From: an uncultured Eubacteriales bacterium
GTDB taxonomy: Bacteria > Bacillota > Clostridia > Christensenellales > Aristaeellaceae
DNA: 32,000 nt
NCBI GenBank assembly: GCA_902787835.1
Contig: CADAHU010000003.1
Location: 6,890 to 38,889 of the forward strand
Reading direction: 5' to 3'
Below the pieces are notes generated by a model that was not told where the DNA came from, searched no databases, and was given only the letters and a program-made list of their open reading frames with translations. Shown in pieces: positions 16,713 through 25,667 of the stretch (the first letter of the stretch is position 1; the number at the start of each line of letters is the position of its first letter). A program made the translations under genes and the position numbers.

Positions 16713-18521
16713 TCAGTCGTCGTTCATTTTTAGTACTTTCATGAAGGCCTCGCTGGGCACCTCCACGGTACCGAACTGGCGCATCTTCTTTTTGCCTTCC
16801 TTCTGCTTTTCCAGCAGCTTCTTTTTGCGGGTGATGTCGCCGCCGTAGCACTTGGCCAGCACGTCCTTGCGCACGGCCTTGACGGTTTCCCGGGCGATGA
16901 CCTTGCCGCCGATGGCCGCCTGGATGGGGATATCGAACTGCTGGCGCGGGATCACGTCCACCAGCTTTTCGGCGATGCTGCGCCCCCGGGCGTAGGCCCG
17001 GTCGCGGTGCACGATCATGGTAAAGGCGTCGCAGATATCGCCGTTCAGCAGAAAATCCAGCTTGACCAGATCGCTGGTCATATACCCCTTCAGCTCGTAA
17101 TCCATGCTGGCGTAGCCGCGGCTGCGGCTCTTCAGGCTGTCGAAGAAATCAAAGATCACCTCGTTCAGCGGGATATCGTAGGTCAATTTGACCCGGCCGC
17201 CCTCGTACTGCATATCCTTGAATACGCCGCGCTTGTCCTGGCACAGATCCATCAGCGTGCCCACGTATTCCTGGGGCGTGTAGATGGTCACCAGCACGAA
17301 GGGCTCGCGCATTTCGGCGATCTCGGTGATGGGCGGCAGGCTGGTGGGGTTATCGATCATCAGCGTATCGCCGTTGGTCTTGATCACCTCGTAAATCACG
17401 CTGGGCACGGTGGTCACCAGGTCCAGATCAAACTCCCGCTCCAGGCGCATCTGGATGATCTCCATATGCAGCAGGCCCAGGAAGCCGCAGCGGAAGCCGT
17501 AACCCAGGGCCACGCTGGTCTCGGGCTCGTAGCTGAGCGCCGCGTCGTTCATGCGCAGCTTTTCCAGGGCGTCCTTCAGGTTTTCGTAGTCCGCGCCGTC
17601 GGCGGGGTAGATACCGCAGTACACCATGGGCGTCACCTCGCGGTAGCCGGGCAGCGCCTCCGCAGCGGGGTTGGCGGCGTCGGTGATGGTATCGCCCACC
17701 CGGGTGTCCCGCAGGTCCTTGATGCTGGCGGCCACGTAGCCCACCTCGCCGGCCAGCAGCTCCTTCATAGGCTCGCAGCCGGGGGTGAGGCAGCCGGTTT
17801 CCACCACGTCGAATTCCGCCCCGGTCTGCATCATGCGCATGCGCATGCCGGGATAGATGCGGCCCTCCATCACGCGCACATAGCAGATGGCGCCGCGGTA
17901 ATTATCGTATTTGGCGTCGAACACCAGGGCCTTGAGGGGCTTGGTTTCGTCACCCTCCGGCGGGGGCATATGGGTGACCACGGCCTCCAGCACATCCTCG
18001 ATGCCGATGCCCTGCTTGGCGCTGGTCAGCGGCGCGATGGAGGCGTCCAGGCCGATCACATCCTCGATCTCCTGGCGCACCACTTCGGGCTGGGCGCTGG
18101 GCAGGTCGATCTTATTGATCACCGGGATGGTTTCCAGATCGTGCTCCAGGGCCATGTACACGTTGGCCAGGGTCTGGGCCTCGATGCCCTGAGTGGCGTC
18201 CACCACCAGCAGCGCGCCCTCGCAGGCCGCCAGTGCGCGGCTCACCTCGTAGGTAAAGTCCACGTGGCCGGGGGTGTCGATCAGGTTGAGCTCGTAGGTT
18301 TCGCCGTCTTTGGCCTTATAGCGCATGCGCACCGCCTTGCTCTTGATGGTGATGCCGCGCTCCCGCTCCAGATCCATGCTGTCCAGGATCTGCTCCACCA
18401 TCTCGCGCTTTTCAAACACGCCGGTGAGCTCCAGTATGCGGTCGGCCAGGGTGGATTTGCCGTGGTCGATGTGGGCGATGATGCAGAAATTGCGGATGTG
18501 GGAAAGCCTGTCGTTTGCCAT
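16713..18521 (-). CDS. lepA: translation elongation factor 4 (LepA)
   Basis: G1 [16 protein letters not shown]3 DTPGHVDF, G4 NKIDL, and a LepA-specific C-terminal domain. I chose the start [12 protein letters not shown] (ATG 18521-18519) because AAGGAGAA lies upstream of it. Confidence 0.95.
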   Translation of the reverse strand: MANDRLSHIRNFCIIAHIDHGKSTLADRILELTGVFEKREMVEQILDSMDLERERGITIKSKAVRMRYKAKDGETYELNLIDTPGHVDFTYEVSRALAACEGALLVVDATQGIEAQTLANVYMALEHDLETIPVINKIDLPSAQPEVVRQEIEDVIGLDASIAPLTSAKQGIGIEDVLEAVVTHMPPPEGDETKPLKALVFDAKYDNYRGAICYVRVMEGRIYPGMRMRMMQTGAEFDVVETGCLTPGCEPMKELLAGEVGYVAASIKDLRDTRVGDTITDAANPAAEALPGYREVTPMVYCGIYPADGADYENLKDALEKLRMNDAALSYEPETSVALGYGFRCGFLGLLHMEIIQMRLEREFDLDLVTTVPSVIYEVIKTNGDTLMIDNPTSLPPITEIAEMREPFVLVTIYTPQEYVGTLMDLCQDKRGVFKDMQYEGGRVKLTYDIPLNEVIFDFFDSLKSRSRGYASMDYELKGYMTSDLVKLDFLLNGDICDAFTMIVHRDRAYARGRSIAEKLVDVIPRQQFDIPIQAAIGGKVIARETVKAVRKDVLAKCYGGDITRKKKLLEKQKEGKKKMRQFGTVEVPSEAFMKVLKMNDD

Positions 18522-19597
18522 TATTGATTCTCCTTGAACACCCAATTGCGCTGGATGCGGTAGCTGAGGAAGTAGAGCAGCGTATCACAGAGGATCTTGG
18601 CCAGCCATTTGGCCATGCCCAGGGCGGAGAGCGCCTTGATGCCCAGGGTGCTGAGGATGATGACCACCACGCAGGTGATCAGATACCGCGGGAAAGCGCC
18701 CCGCACGCCCTTTGCGCCGAACACCAGCCGCCGGTTGAGGGAAAAATTCAGAATGGAGCTGAACACGCGGGCGGAATAGTTGGAAACCGAGGTGGCCGTG
18801 CCGCCTGTCAGCTTCAGCGCCGGCATCAGCCAGCCGTCAAAGACGTTGAACAGCAGCTGATCCACCAGGAAGCAGAGCAGCGAGGAGCCCATGAACTTAA
18901 AGAAGCTGCCCAGCATCAGCTTGTAAATGCGCCAGCTGTCCTTCAGGGGATTAAAGTGGGAGCTCTTGTTCTCCTCCAGATAAATGGTCTCGATGGGGAT
19001 GATCTCAAAACGGATCTTGTGGCCGGCGCAGTAGATCAGCATGTTCATCTCGTACTCAAACCGGTCGCCGGTGATCGCCAGCAGATCGTCGAAGCACGCC
19101 CGGTTCACCGCCCGCAGCCCTGTCTGGGTATCGGGCAGCCAGTGGCCGTACAGGGCGGCAAAGATCACGCTGGTCACCCGGTTGCCGAAGCGGGAGCGGC
19201 CCGGGATGTTTTTGTTGCGGCGGGAAAAATCCCGGCTGCCCAGCAGCAGCTCCTTCTGATCGGCGCTGAGCCGGATCGCCAATTTGAGCGTATCGGCGGC
19301 GATGTGCTGGCCGTCGGCGTCGGCGGTGATCACGCCCGCAAAAGCCGTATGATCGCGGATATACTGCACGCCGGTGCGCAGGGCCTGACCCTTGCCGCGG
19401 TTGACCTCGTGGCGCAGCACATGGCAGCGCTCCCGGGCGGCGATGCTGTCAAATATGGGGTCGTATTCCGGCCCGCTGCCGTCGTTGACCACCAGGATCT
19501 GGCCAAAGCCCGCCGCCAGCAGGGAATCGACGTATTGGGGGAGCCGGTCATCGGGCTCCAGGGAGGGGATCAAAACGCAAAGCTCGTTTGCTTTCAT
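18521..19597 (-). CDS. GT2-family glycosyltransferase fused to a GtrA-like membrane domain (polyprenyl-phosphate sugar synthase-like)
   Basis: GT-A motifs [24 protein letters not shown]. The C-terminal about 120 aa has four TM helices and ends in the GtrA-like motif [10 protein letters not shown] chose the start at MKANEL (ATG 19597-19595) because AAAGGAG lies upstream. Its stop overlaps the lepA start as TAATG. Confidence 0.85.
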   Translation of the reverse strand: MKANELCVLIPSLEPDDRLPQYVDSLLAAGFGQILVVNDGSGPEYDPIFDSIAARERCHVLRHEVNRGKGQALRTGVQYIRDHTAFAGVITADADGQHIAADTLKLAIRLSADQKELLLGSRDFSRRNKNIPGRSRFGNRVTSVIFAALYGHWLPDTQTGLRAVNRACFDDLLAITGDRFEYEMNMLIYCAGHKIRFEIIPIETIYLEENKSSHFNPLKDSWRIYKLMLGSFFKFMGSSLLCFLVDQLLFNVFDGWLMPALKLTGGTATSVSNYSARVFSSILNFSLNRRLVFGAKGVRGAFPRYLITCVVVIILSTLGIKALSALGMAKWLAKILCDTLLYFLSYRIQRNWVFKENQ

Positions 19598-19649
19598 GCT
19601 GCGCTCCTTTGTTTGCATTGAAGCCGTGCCTGCGGGCATAGCTTTTATT

Positions 19650-19678
19650 ATTGTAACATTTTTCGGGCGCTTTCACAA
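19650..19678 (-). promoter_or_regulatory. sigma-A type promoter candidate for the GT2-lepA-prfA-topB string
   Basis: On the minus strand: TTGTGA (19678-19673), 17 nt, TACAAT (19655-19650), with TGT immediately 5' of the -10 box. Confidence 0.4.
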
Positions 19679-19695
19679 GAGCGGAGTTCATAAGG

Positions 19696-19724
19696 TGGAC
19701 AAAAGGGCGTCGGGAGGCTATAAT
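19696..19724 (+). promoter_or_regulatory. sigma-A type promoter candidate for the eight-gene MoxR/vWA/ABC operon
   Basis: TGGACA (19696-19701), 17 nt, TATAAT (19719-19724). It lies about 100 nt upstream of ATG 19824. Confidence 0.5.
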
Positions 19725-19731
19725 AGTCGGT

Positions 19732-19746
19732 GTCCGCGGGCCGCGG
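19732..19746. promoter_or_regulatory. 7-1-7 perfect palindrome at the predicted transcription start (possible operator)
   Basis: tccgcgg-g-ccgcgga begins 8 nt after the TATAAT box. A 1-nt centre rules out an RNA hairpin, so a DNA binding site is more likely. Confidence 0.3.
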
Positions 19747-19823
19747 ATATGAAAAAAGAATGGAACAAAACGCTGTTTATATTCGTCTGATATACGAAGA
19801 TCGAAAATTTGGGGAGGTTTTCC

Positions 19824-22328
19824 ATGGGCTTTCTGAATCGATACAAGCTGCTGGCCGCGTGCCTGCTGCTGGTCTGCGCGCTGTTTTTGGCCGCGCAGGC
19901 GGAGCCTGCCGTTACGGTGGCGGCGGAGATGGGCTACGAGCATACCATCACCTATCTTTCCGCCATGCCCCTCAGGGTGCGGCTCAAAAACGCCGGGACC
20001 GACGCCGAGCTGACGGTGGCGGTCAACCTGTACCGCAACAGGCAGGAATACGACCGCTATGAATATCCCGTCTTTCTGGCGGGCGGGGCGGAAACCGCGC
20101 TGACCCTGCCGGTGAGCATTACCTATAAGCAGCCCGCCTATACGGTGGAGGTGCTGGCCGACGGGCAGACGGTGGCCCAGGCCGACGTGCGCCCCCAGAA
20201 GGTCATGGCCCCCGATACGCTGCTGGTGGGCGTTCTGTCCGATCAGCCCCAGGCGCTGCGGGCGCTGAATATCAACGAGACCAACGACCCCATGATGCGC
20301 GGCGAAACCTGGCAGACGCTGGTGCTGGACGCGGCCACCTTCCCCGATCGGTATGAGCTGCTGCGGGCCTTCCGCATCCTGGCGGTGGATGGGTTTGATA
20401 TCGCCACGCTTTCCGAAAACCAGCATGAGGCCCTGAGCCGGTGGCTGCGGGAGGGCGGCATCGTGCTGGTGGGCGGCGGCGCGTCGGCCTCGGTGAGCGG
20501 CCGGGGCTTTATGGCCTATACCGGGGTCATGATGGGCATGCCCGCGCCCGCGTCCCAGGTGGAAAAGGCGCTGGAGAGCGCCCTGGCGGAGGGCTCCTTT
20601 GCCCTGAAATCCCAGCCTGGCCGGGGCGGCTCGGTGCTGGTATCTTCCCTTTCCGGCAGCCGGAACGCCGTGGCGATGCTTGGCGGCAAACCGCTGATCG
20701 ATCGCTGCCCGGTGGGCCAGGGCGTGGTGTATACCGCTGGCTTCTCCCTGGGCGACGCCGCGCTGAACGCCTGGAGCGGCATGAGCGGCTACTGGCAGCG
20801 CCTGCTGCTGACCTGCGACAGGACGCGGTATCAGGGCGTGATCACCGCGCTGCAGAATTATCAGGATACCTATAACAGCAACAGCTATGTGGATACCTGG
20901 CTGCTGCGCCAGATGCCCATGGAGAACCCGGACAGCGTATGGCTGATCGTGGGGCTGACGGCGGCCTTCCTGGTGCTGGGCGGCATCGGCGGCTATCTGC
21001 TGCTCCGCCGCTTCGATAAGCGGGAATGGCTGTGGCTGGCCGCGCCGGCGCTGTGCCTGCTCTGCGCCGTACTGACGCTGACGCTCAGCCGCGGCATGCA
21101 GCTGCGCAAGCCCGCGGCGGCGGCCTACGCGGTGCTTGCCGTGGGGACGGACGGCCAGACCAAAACCAACATCATGGCCGGCGTGGCCTCCTCGGAGCGC
21201 ACGCCCATGCGCATCTCCGGCGGGGCGGGTGAAACGCTGTCCCTGGGCTCCCTGGATTACGGCTATTATGAGGATGACGAGGAAGCCGAAAAGGCCGCGC
21301 CCAAGCTGCGCTATACCTATGCCTACGGCGAGCCCATGACCATCACCCTGCCCGCGGCGGCGGCCTGGGAGGTGCATACGCTGTTTGCGGAGCCCGCCCA
21401 GAGCGTTGCCTGTCCGGTTTCCGCCACCATCTGGTGGGAGCAGGACGGCCTGCACGGCGAGATCGTCAACGGCTCCGATCTGACGCTGGATGCGGGCTAT
21501 GTGTTTACCAACCAGGGCTTCTGCCCGGTGCCCGCGCTGCAGCCCGGGGCGCGCCATGCCTTCTCCATCCTGGAGAATCCGGAGCGCACCGCCACGGGGG
21601 ACAGCGTTACGGCCTATCCGGGGGAGATCGTGCCCGGCGGGTATGCCGAGACCTATTCCATCGTCTCCTCCGCCCTCTATCCCAACGGCTATGACGCCGC
21701 CGTCAGCGGTGAAATGGCCTTCAAGCGCAATATGATCGAAAGCTGCCAGGGCAAATGGAACCAGCGGGCGGCCTTCCATTACGTCGCCTTCAGCGATCAG
21801 GTGCCCAGGCCCCAGCTGCTGATCAACGGGGAAAACGTGGGGCGCATGGCGTACAATGCGGTGATCGATACCGAAATCGCTTATCAGGCCGTGGGCGCGG
21901 ATGGCCTGGTGCGACTGAACCGCGGCATGATCCCGGCCTATTCCGCGGAGCTGAACGGCCAGGGCAAGCCCGCCTCCATCAGCCAGTCGCTGCAGGATTA
22001 TACCTATTTTGCGCTGCGGGATGAGCCCGCGCTGTGCTTCGCCCTGGGAGAGTGCGCGGCCATCGATCTGGAAAGCCTGACCATCGATCAGGCGCAGTTC
22101 ACCTGCGAGAGCTATGGCGCCAAGCCCCGGCTGTACCTGTATAACGCCCCCGCCGGCAGCTGGCTGGAGATCGCGTACAGCGCCCTCCCCGCCGCCATCG
22201 ACGGCGATACGCTGCGAGCGTGCCTGGATGAGGACGGGCGGCTGTACCTGCGCCTGATGCCCGGCACGGGCGGCGCGAACAGCGAGATCTATAACCCCGC
22301 GCTGACGCTGGAAGGAAGGATGCTGTAA
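19824..22328 (+). CDS. large uncharacterised envelope protein (834 aa): signal peptide, N-lobe, TM hairpin, C-lobe
   Basis: ATG 19824 sits 6 nt after GGGGAGG (19811-19817). Signal-like N-terminus MGFLNRYKLLAACLLLVCALFLAAQA. Two central TM helices (VWLIVGLTAAFLVLGGIGGYLLL and WLWLAAPALCLLCAVLTLTL) flank a basic loop, RRFDKRE. The segment FRILAVDGFDIATLSENQHEALSRWLREGGIVLVGGG resembles non-catalytic GATase1-like modules of GldG/DUF4350-type ABC auxiliary proteins; that is an impression only. Confidence 0.75.
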   Translation: MGFLNRYKLLAACLLLVCALFLAAQAEPAVTVAAEMGYEHTITYLSAMPLRVRLKNAGTDAELTVAVNLYRNRQEYDRYEYPVFLAGGAETALTLPVSITYKQPAYTVEVLADGQTVAQADVRPQKVMAPDTLLVGVLSDQPQALRALNINETNDPMMRGETWQTLVLDAATFPDRYELLRAFRILAVDGFDIATLSENQHEALSRWLREGGIVLVGGGASASVSGRGFMAYTGVMMGMPAPASQVEKALESALAEGSFALKSQPGRGGSVLVSSLSGSRNAVAMLGGKPLIDRCPVGQGVVYTAGFSLGDAALNAWSGMSGYWQRLLLTCDRTRYQGVITALQNYQDTYNSNSYVDTWLLRQMPMENPDSVWLIVGLTAAFLVLGGIGGYLLLRRFDKREWLWLAAPALCLLCAVLTLTLSRGMQLRKPAAAAYAVLAVGTDGQTKTNIMAGVASSERTPMRISGGAGETLSLGSLDYGYYEDDEEAEKAAPKLRYTYAYGEPMTITLPAAAAWEVHTLFAEPAQSVACPVSATIWWEQDGLHGEIVNGSDLTLDAGYVFTNQGFCPVPALQPGARHAFSILENPERTATGDSVTAYPGEIVPGGYAETYSIVSSALYPNGYDAAVSGEMAFKRNMIESCQGKWNQRAAFHYVAFSDQVPRPQLLINGENVGRMAYNAVIDTEIAYQAVGADGLVRLNRGMIPAYSAELNGQGKPASISQSLQDYTYFALRDEPALCFALGECAAIDLESLTIDQAQFTCESYGAKPRLYLYNAPAGSWLEIAYSALPAAIDGDTLRACLDEDGRLYLRLMPGTGGANSEIYNPALTLEGRML

Positions 22329-23269
22329 TGCTGCAAATCAAGGAGCTGACCAAGCGCTACGGCGCGTTTACCGCCCTGGACCGGCTGAGCATGGAGATCA
22401 GCGACGGCGAGCTGCACGGCTTTGTGGGGCCCAACGGCGCGGGCAAAACCACCACCATGCGCATCCTGGCCACCCTGCTGCGCCCCACATCGGGCACCGT
22501 GGTGATCGATGGGGTGGATGTGCTTCAGAACCCCCGCCGGGTGCGGGAGCTGGTGGGCTATATGCCCGATTTCTTTGGCGTGTACGATCACCTGAAGGCC
22601 TGGGAATATTTGGATTTTTACGCCCGCTGCTACGGCTTTGGCCATGCGGACCGCATGCGCATGATCGATCAATTGCTGGAGCTGGTCAACCTGTCCGACC
22701 GGCGGGATACCTATGTGGATGTGCTGTCCCGTGGCATGAAGCAGCGGCTTTGCCTGGCCCACGCCCTGATCCACGATCCCAAGCTGCTGATCCTGGATGA
22801 GCCGGCCTCCGGCATGGACCCCCGGGCCCGGGCGGAGATGAAGGGCATCCTCAAGACGCTAAAGGACATGGGCAAGACCGTGCTGATCTCCTCCCATATC
22901 CTGCCCGAGCTTTCGGAGATGTGCGACAGCCTGACCATCATCGATCACGGCTCCCTGGTGTTCTCCGGTTCGGTGGAGGAGCTTTCCCGCCGCATGACCG
23001 GGCAGAGCGATATCCATCTGCAGCTGCTGCCGGGGGATGATTCGGCCGTCGAGGCCGCCGCCGCCCTGCTCAAGCAGTATCCCGGCGTCACCGGCATCAG
23101 CCGCGGCGATGAGGATAACACGCTGCTGGTGGCCTTCGGCGGCGATGAGGGCGGCATGGCCGATCTGCTGCGCGCCCTGCTGGAGGGGCATGTGCCGGTG
23201 TGCGGCTTCCACCGCCCGCCCATGAATCTGGAAAAGGTGTTTATGGAGGTGACCCGCGATGACGGTTAA
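22328..23269 (+). CDS. ABC transporter ATP-binding protein (ABC-2 / CcmA-NatA type)
   Basis: Walker A GPNGAGKTT, signature LSRGMKQRL, Walker B LLILDEPASGMD, H-loop ISSHIL. ATG overlaps the upstream TAA as TAATG (22326-22330). Confidence 0.92.
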   Translation: MLQIKELTKRYGAFTALDRLSMEISDGELHGFVGPNGAGKTTTMRILATLLRPTSGTVVIDGVDVLQNPRRVRELVGYMPDFFGVYDHLKAWEYLDFYARCYGFGHADRMRMIDQLLELVNLSDRRDTYVDVLSRGMKQRLCLAHALIHDPKLLILDEPASGMDPRARAEMKGILKTLKDMGKTVLISSHILPELSEMCDSLTIIDHGSLVFSGSVEELSRRMTGQSDIHLQLLPGDDSAVEAAAALLKQYPGVTGISRGDEDNTLLVAFGGDEGGMADLLRALLEGHVPVCGFHRPPMNLEKVFMEVTRDDG

Positions 23270-24185
23270 TCCCATCCTGGCGTTCTCTGCCCGGCGGCGC
23301 ATGCGCTCGGCGCGCACCGCGTGGCTGCTGACGCTCTACGGCCTGGCGGTGCTGATCTTTGGCCTGCTGGTGTCCTTTGGCAGCTTCCTCAAGCCCACCC
23401 TGTCCATCTATACCATGAGCCAGGGCCAGGAGGGCTACGCCTATATGCTGGCCTTCCAGTTTTTCCTGCTGCTGCTGGTTACCCCGGCCATGACCGCCGG
23501 GGCCATCTCCGGCGAGCGGGAGCGGCAGACGCTGGACCTGCTGCTGGTCACCCATACGGGCAGCCTGGGCATCGTGGTGGGCAAGCTGCTGGAGAGCCTG
23601 GGGCTCATGCTGCTGCTGGTGTTCTTTACCCTGCCCGCCATGTGCCTGGTGCTGATCACCGGCAGCATGACGCTGTCCCAGGTGCTGGTGGGGCTGCTTT
23701 TCCTGGGCGTCACCGCCTTCGCCATGCTCAGCGTGGGCATGCTGTGCTCCGCCCTGCTGCGGCGCACCGTGGCCGCCACCGTGGCGGCCTACCTGGCGGT
23801 GTTCGCCATCGGCCTGGTAACGCTGATCCCGCTGATCGGCGATCTGAGCAACGTGGTCACCGCCTATGACGCCATGTCCAGCAGCTATTACGGCGGCGTT
23901 CCCGCGGTGGATCCCGCCCAGGCGGCGGATCTGCATCTGATCAGCTTTGTGATCAATCCCGCGCTGGGGCTCATGTCGCTGATCGCCGCCCAGACCGGCC
24001 TTCTGCGCGGCACCATGGGCAATTACAGCTACGCCATCTATAACCTGTACGATTATATGGATTTCATGGGCATGGCCTGGGCGTCGATGGCCTTTATGGC
24101 CGGGGCCGGGCTGGTGCTGGATGTGCTGGCGGCCTGCTTTGTGCGGCCCCGCCGGGAGCGCGTCCGGAAAGGAAAAACGGCATGA
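23259..24185 (+). CDS. ABC-2 family transporter permease
   Basis: Six or seven hydrophobic segments. The N-terminus MTVNPILAFSARRRMRSARTAWLL... and the motif ISGERERQTLDLLLVT are typical of ABC-2 (NosY/GldF-like) permeases. It overlaps the ATPase gene by 11 nt. Confidence 0.85.
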   Translation: MTVNPILAFSARRRMRSARTAWLLTLYGLAVLIFGLLVSFGSFLKPTLSIYTMSQGQEGYAYMLAFQFFLLLLVTPAMTAGAISGERERQTLDLLLVTHTGSLGIVVGKLLESLGLMLLLVFFTLPAMCLVLITGSMTLSQVLVGLLFLGVTAFAMLSVGMLCSALLRRTVAATVAAYLAVFAIGLVTLIPLIGDLSNVVTAYDAMSSSYYGGVPAVDPAQAADLHLISFVINPALGLMSLIAAQTGLLRGTMGNYSYAIYNLYDYMDFMGMAWASMAFMAGAGLVLDVLAACFVRPRRERVRKGKTA

Positions 24186-25654
24186 AAAAAGCGCTGGGGC
24201 CGGCGCGCCGCCGTCTGCGCTTGCGGCGCGGCGTGATCGGCCTTTGCTGGGGATTGCTGGCGGGGCTGGCGCTGGCCGCGGCTGTGCTGACGGCCTCCTT
24301 CCTGACGCCGCTGCGCCAGCGGGGAGCGCTGCTGCTTTGCTGCGCCGCCGCGCCGCTGCTGGGCATGGCTGCGGGCTTCCTTTGGCCGGTTTCCCTGCTG
24401 GATGCCGCCCGGGCCGCCGATGGCTGCGGGCTGATGGCCCGGGCGCAGACCGCCCTGAGCCTGGGAGACCGGCAGGACGCGATGGCCGATCTGCAGCGGA
24501 AGGACGCCCTGCGGGCGTTGGCAGCGCTGGATGTGCGCCGCGCCATGCCCCTGCGGGCGGAAAAGCGGGCGCTGATCCCATCGGCTGCCTGCGCCGCGGC
24601 CTGCCTGGCGCTGCTGCTGATCCCCAATCCCCAGGATGAGGTATTGCGGACGCAGAACCGCTTCCGCCAGGCCATGGAGAAGCCCGCTCAGGCCATCGAG
24701 CAGGCGGCGGAGCAGATCGATGAGCAGGCGATGGACGCCGATACCGTGCAGGAGCTGCGCCGGCTGCTGGGCGATCTGGCCCGGGAGCTGCGGCAGGATC
24801 GGGACGCCCGGGAGGCGCTCACTGATATCAGCCAGGCCCAGCAGGCGCTGGAGCGCAGGCTGGGCGAAAGCCGCGCGGCGGCCTCGGAGGCCCTGGGGCA
24901 GGCCGGGCTGAACAGCCTGGCCCAGGCGCTGCAGAGCGGCGATGCTCAGACGCTGGAAAACGCGCTGGAGCAAATGACGGAGCAGGATGCCGATCAGATG
25001 ACTCAGGCGGCGGAGAACGCAGCAGCCGGGAACGCCGCCGCGGCCAACGCCCTGCAGGCGGCGGCCAACGCCCTGTCCCAGGGCAACAGCGCCCAGGCGG
25101 CCCAGGCTCTCTCCCAGCTTTCCCCGTCCAGCCTCTCCTCCGGAAAGGTAAGCGCCGCCCTGCAGGCCGCGCGCGCCATGGCGGGCGGACAGGGCCAAGG
25201 CCAGGGTCAGGGTCAAGGACAGGGCCAAGGTCAAGGACAAGGCCAGGGACAAGGTCAGGGCCAGGGAGCCGGGCAAGGCCAGGGTCAGGGCGCCGGGAGC
25301 GGCGCGGGCCAGGGCAGCACCAATCAGGAGAGCGCCGGCAGCGGCTCCCCGGGCAGCGGCGGCCCGGGCCGGGAGAAAGGCCGCTACAAATTGGGTCAAT
25401 ATGAAACGATCTACGATCCCACCCGCCTGGGCGATGGCGGCGAGGTCAGCCAGAGCACCGGCCAGGTGGACCCGGACGCCCAGCTCAGCGAGATGACGCT
25501 GGGCCCGGGCCTGGGCGATGCCTCCGGCGATGTGCCCTATGATCAGGTGGTGGCGGAGTATCAGGCCGCCGCCGTGCGCCAGGCCCAGGAGGCCGCCCTG
25601 CCGGATTACGCCCGGCAATGGGTCACCGATTATTTTACCGCGCTGACGGAGTAA
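24182..25654 (+). CDS. uncharacterised membrane protein (490 aa): three TM helices, an Ala/Gln-rich helical region, a (Gly-Gln)n repeat and a conserved-looking C-terminal domain
   Basis: ATGA overlap with the permease stop. Basic N-terminus (RRRLRLRR) followed by TM helices. An A/Q/L-rich region from about residue 150 to 330, then the GQ repeat. The C-terminus ends ...VPYDQVVAEYQAAAVRQAQEAALPDYARQWVTDYFTALTE. No family recognised. Confidence 0.75.
   Translation: MKKALGPARRRLRLRRGVIGLCWGLLAGLALAAAVLTASFLTPLRQRGALLLCCAAAPLLGMAAGFLWPVSLLDAARAADGCGLMARAQTALSLGDRQDAMADLQRKDALRALAALDVRRAMPLRAEKRALIPSAACAAACLALLLIPNPQDEVLRTQNRFRQAMEKPAQAIEQAAEQIDEQAMDADTVQELRRLLGDLARELRQDRDAREALTDISQAQQALERRLGESRAAASEALGQAGLNSLAQALQSGDAQTLENALEQMTEQDADQMTQAAENAAAGNAAAANALQAAANALSQGNSAQAAQALSQLSPSSLSSGKVSAALQAARAMAGGQGQGQGQGQGQGQGQGQGQGQGQGQGAGQGQGQGAGSGAGQGSTNQESAGSGSPGSGGPGREKGRYKLGQYETIYDPTRLGDGGEVSQSTGQVDPDAQLSEMTLGPGLGDASGDVPYDQVVAEYQAAAVRQAQEAALPDYARQWVTDYFTALTE
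25187..25318 (+). repeat. in-frame hexanucleotide-period repeat encoding (GQ)13-GA-(GQ)3-GA-GS-GA-GQ-GS
   Basis: 22 consecutive Gly-X codon pairs, read directly from the sequence. Gly codons alternate among gga/ggc/ggt/ggg and Gln codons between cag/caa, so the DNA repeat is imperfect while the peptide repeat is nearly perfect. Confidence 0.95.
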
Positions 25655-25667
25655 AGGAGACAAAACG

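Noticed and set aside
19749-19790. 13-codon upstream ORF (MKKEWNKTLFIFV) in the leader of the eight-gene operon, considered as a leader peptide.
   Set aside because: No convincing Shine-Dalgarno sequence precedes it. No attenuator-type alternative hairpins follow it. Short ORFs of this size arise by chance in an AT-richer leader.
25187-25318. GQ-encoding repeat as a slipped-strand phase-variation switch.
   Set aside because: The period is 6 nt, so length changes would stay in frame. The codons are scrambled, so exact tandem identity is short. This fits a structural peptide spacer better than an on/off switch.
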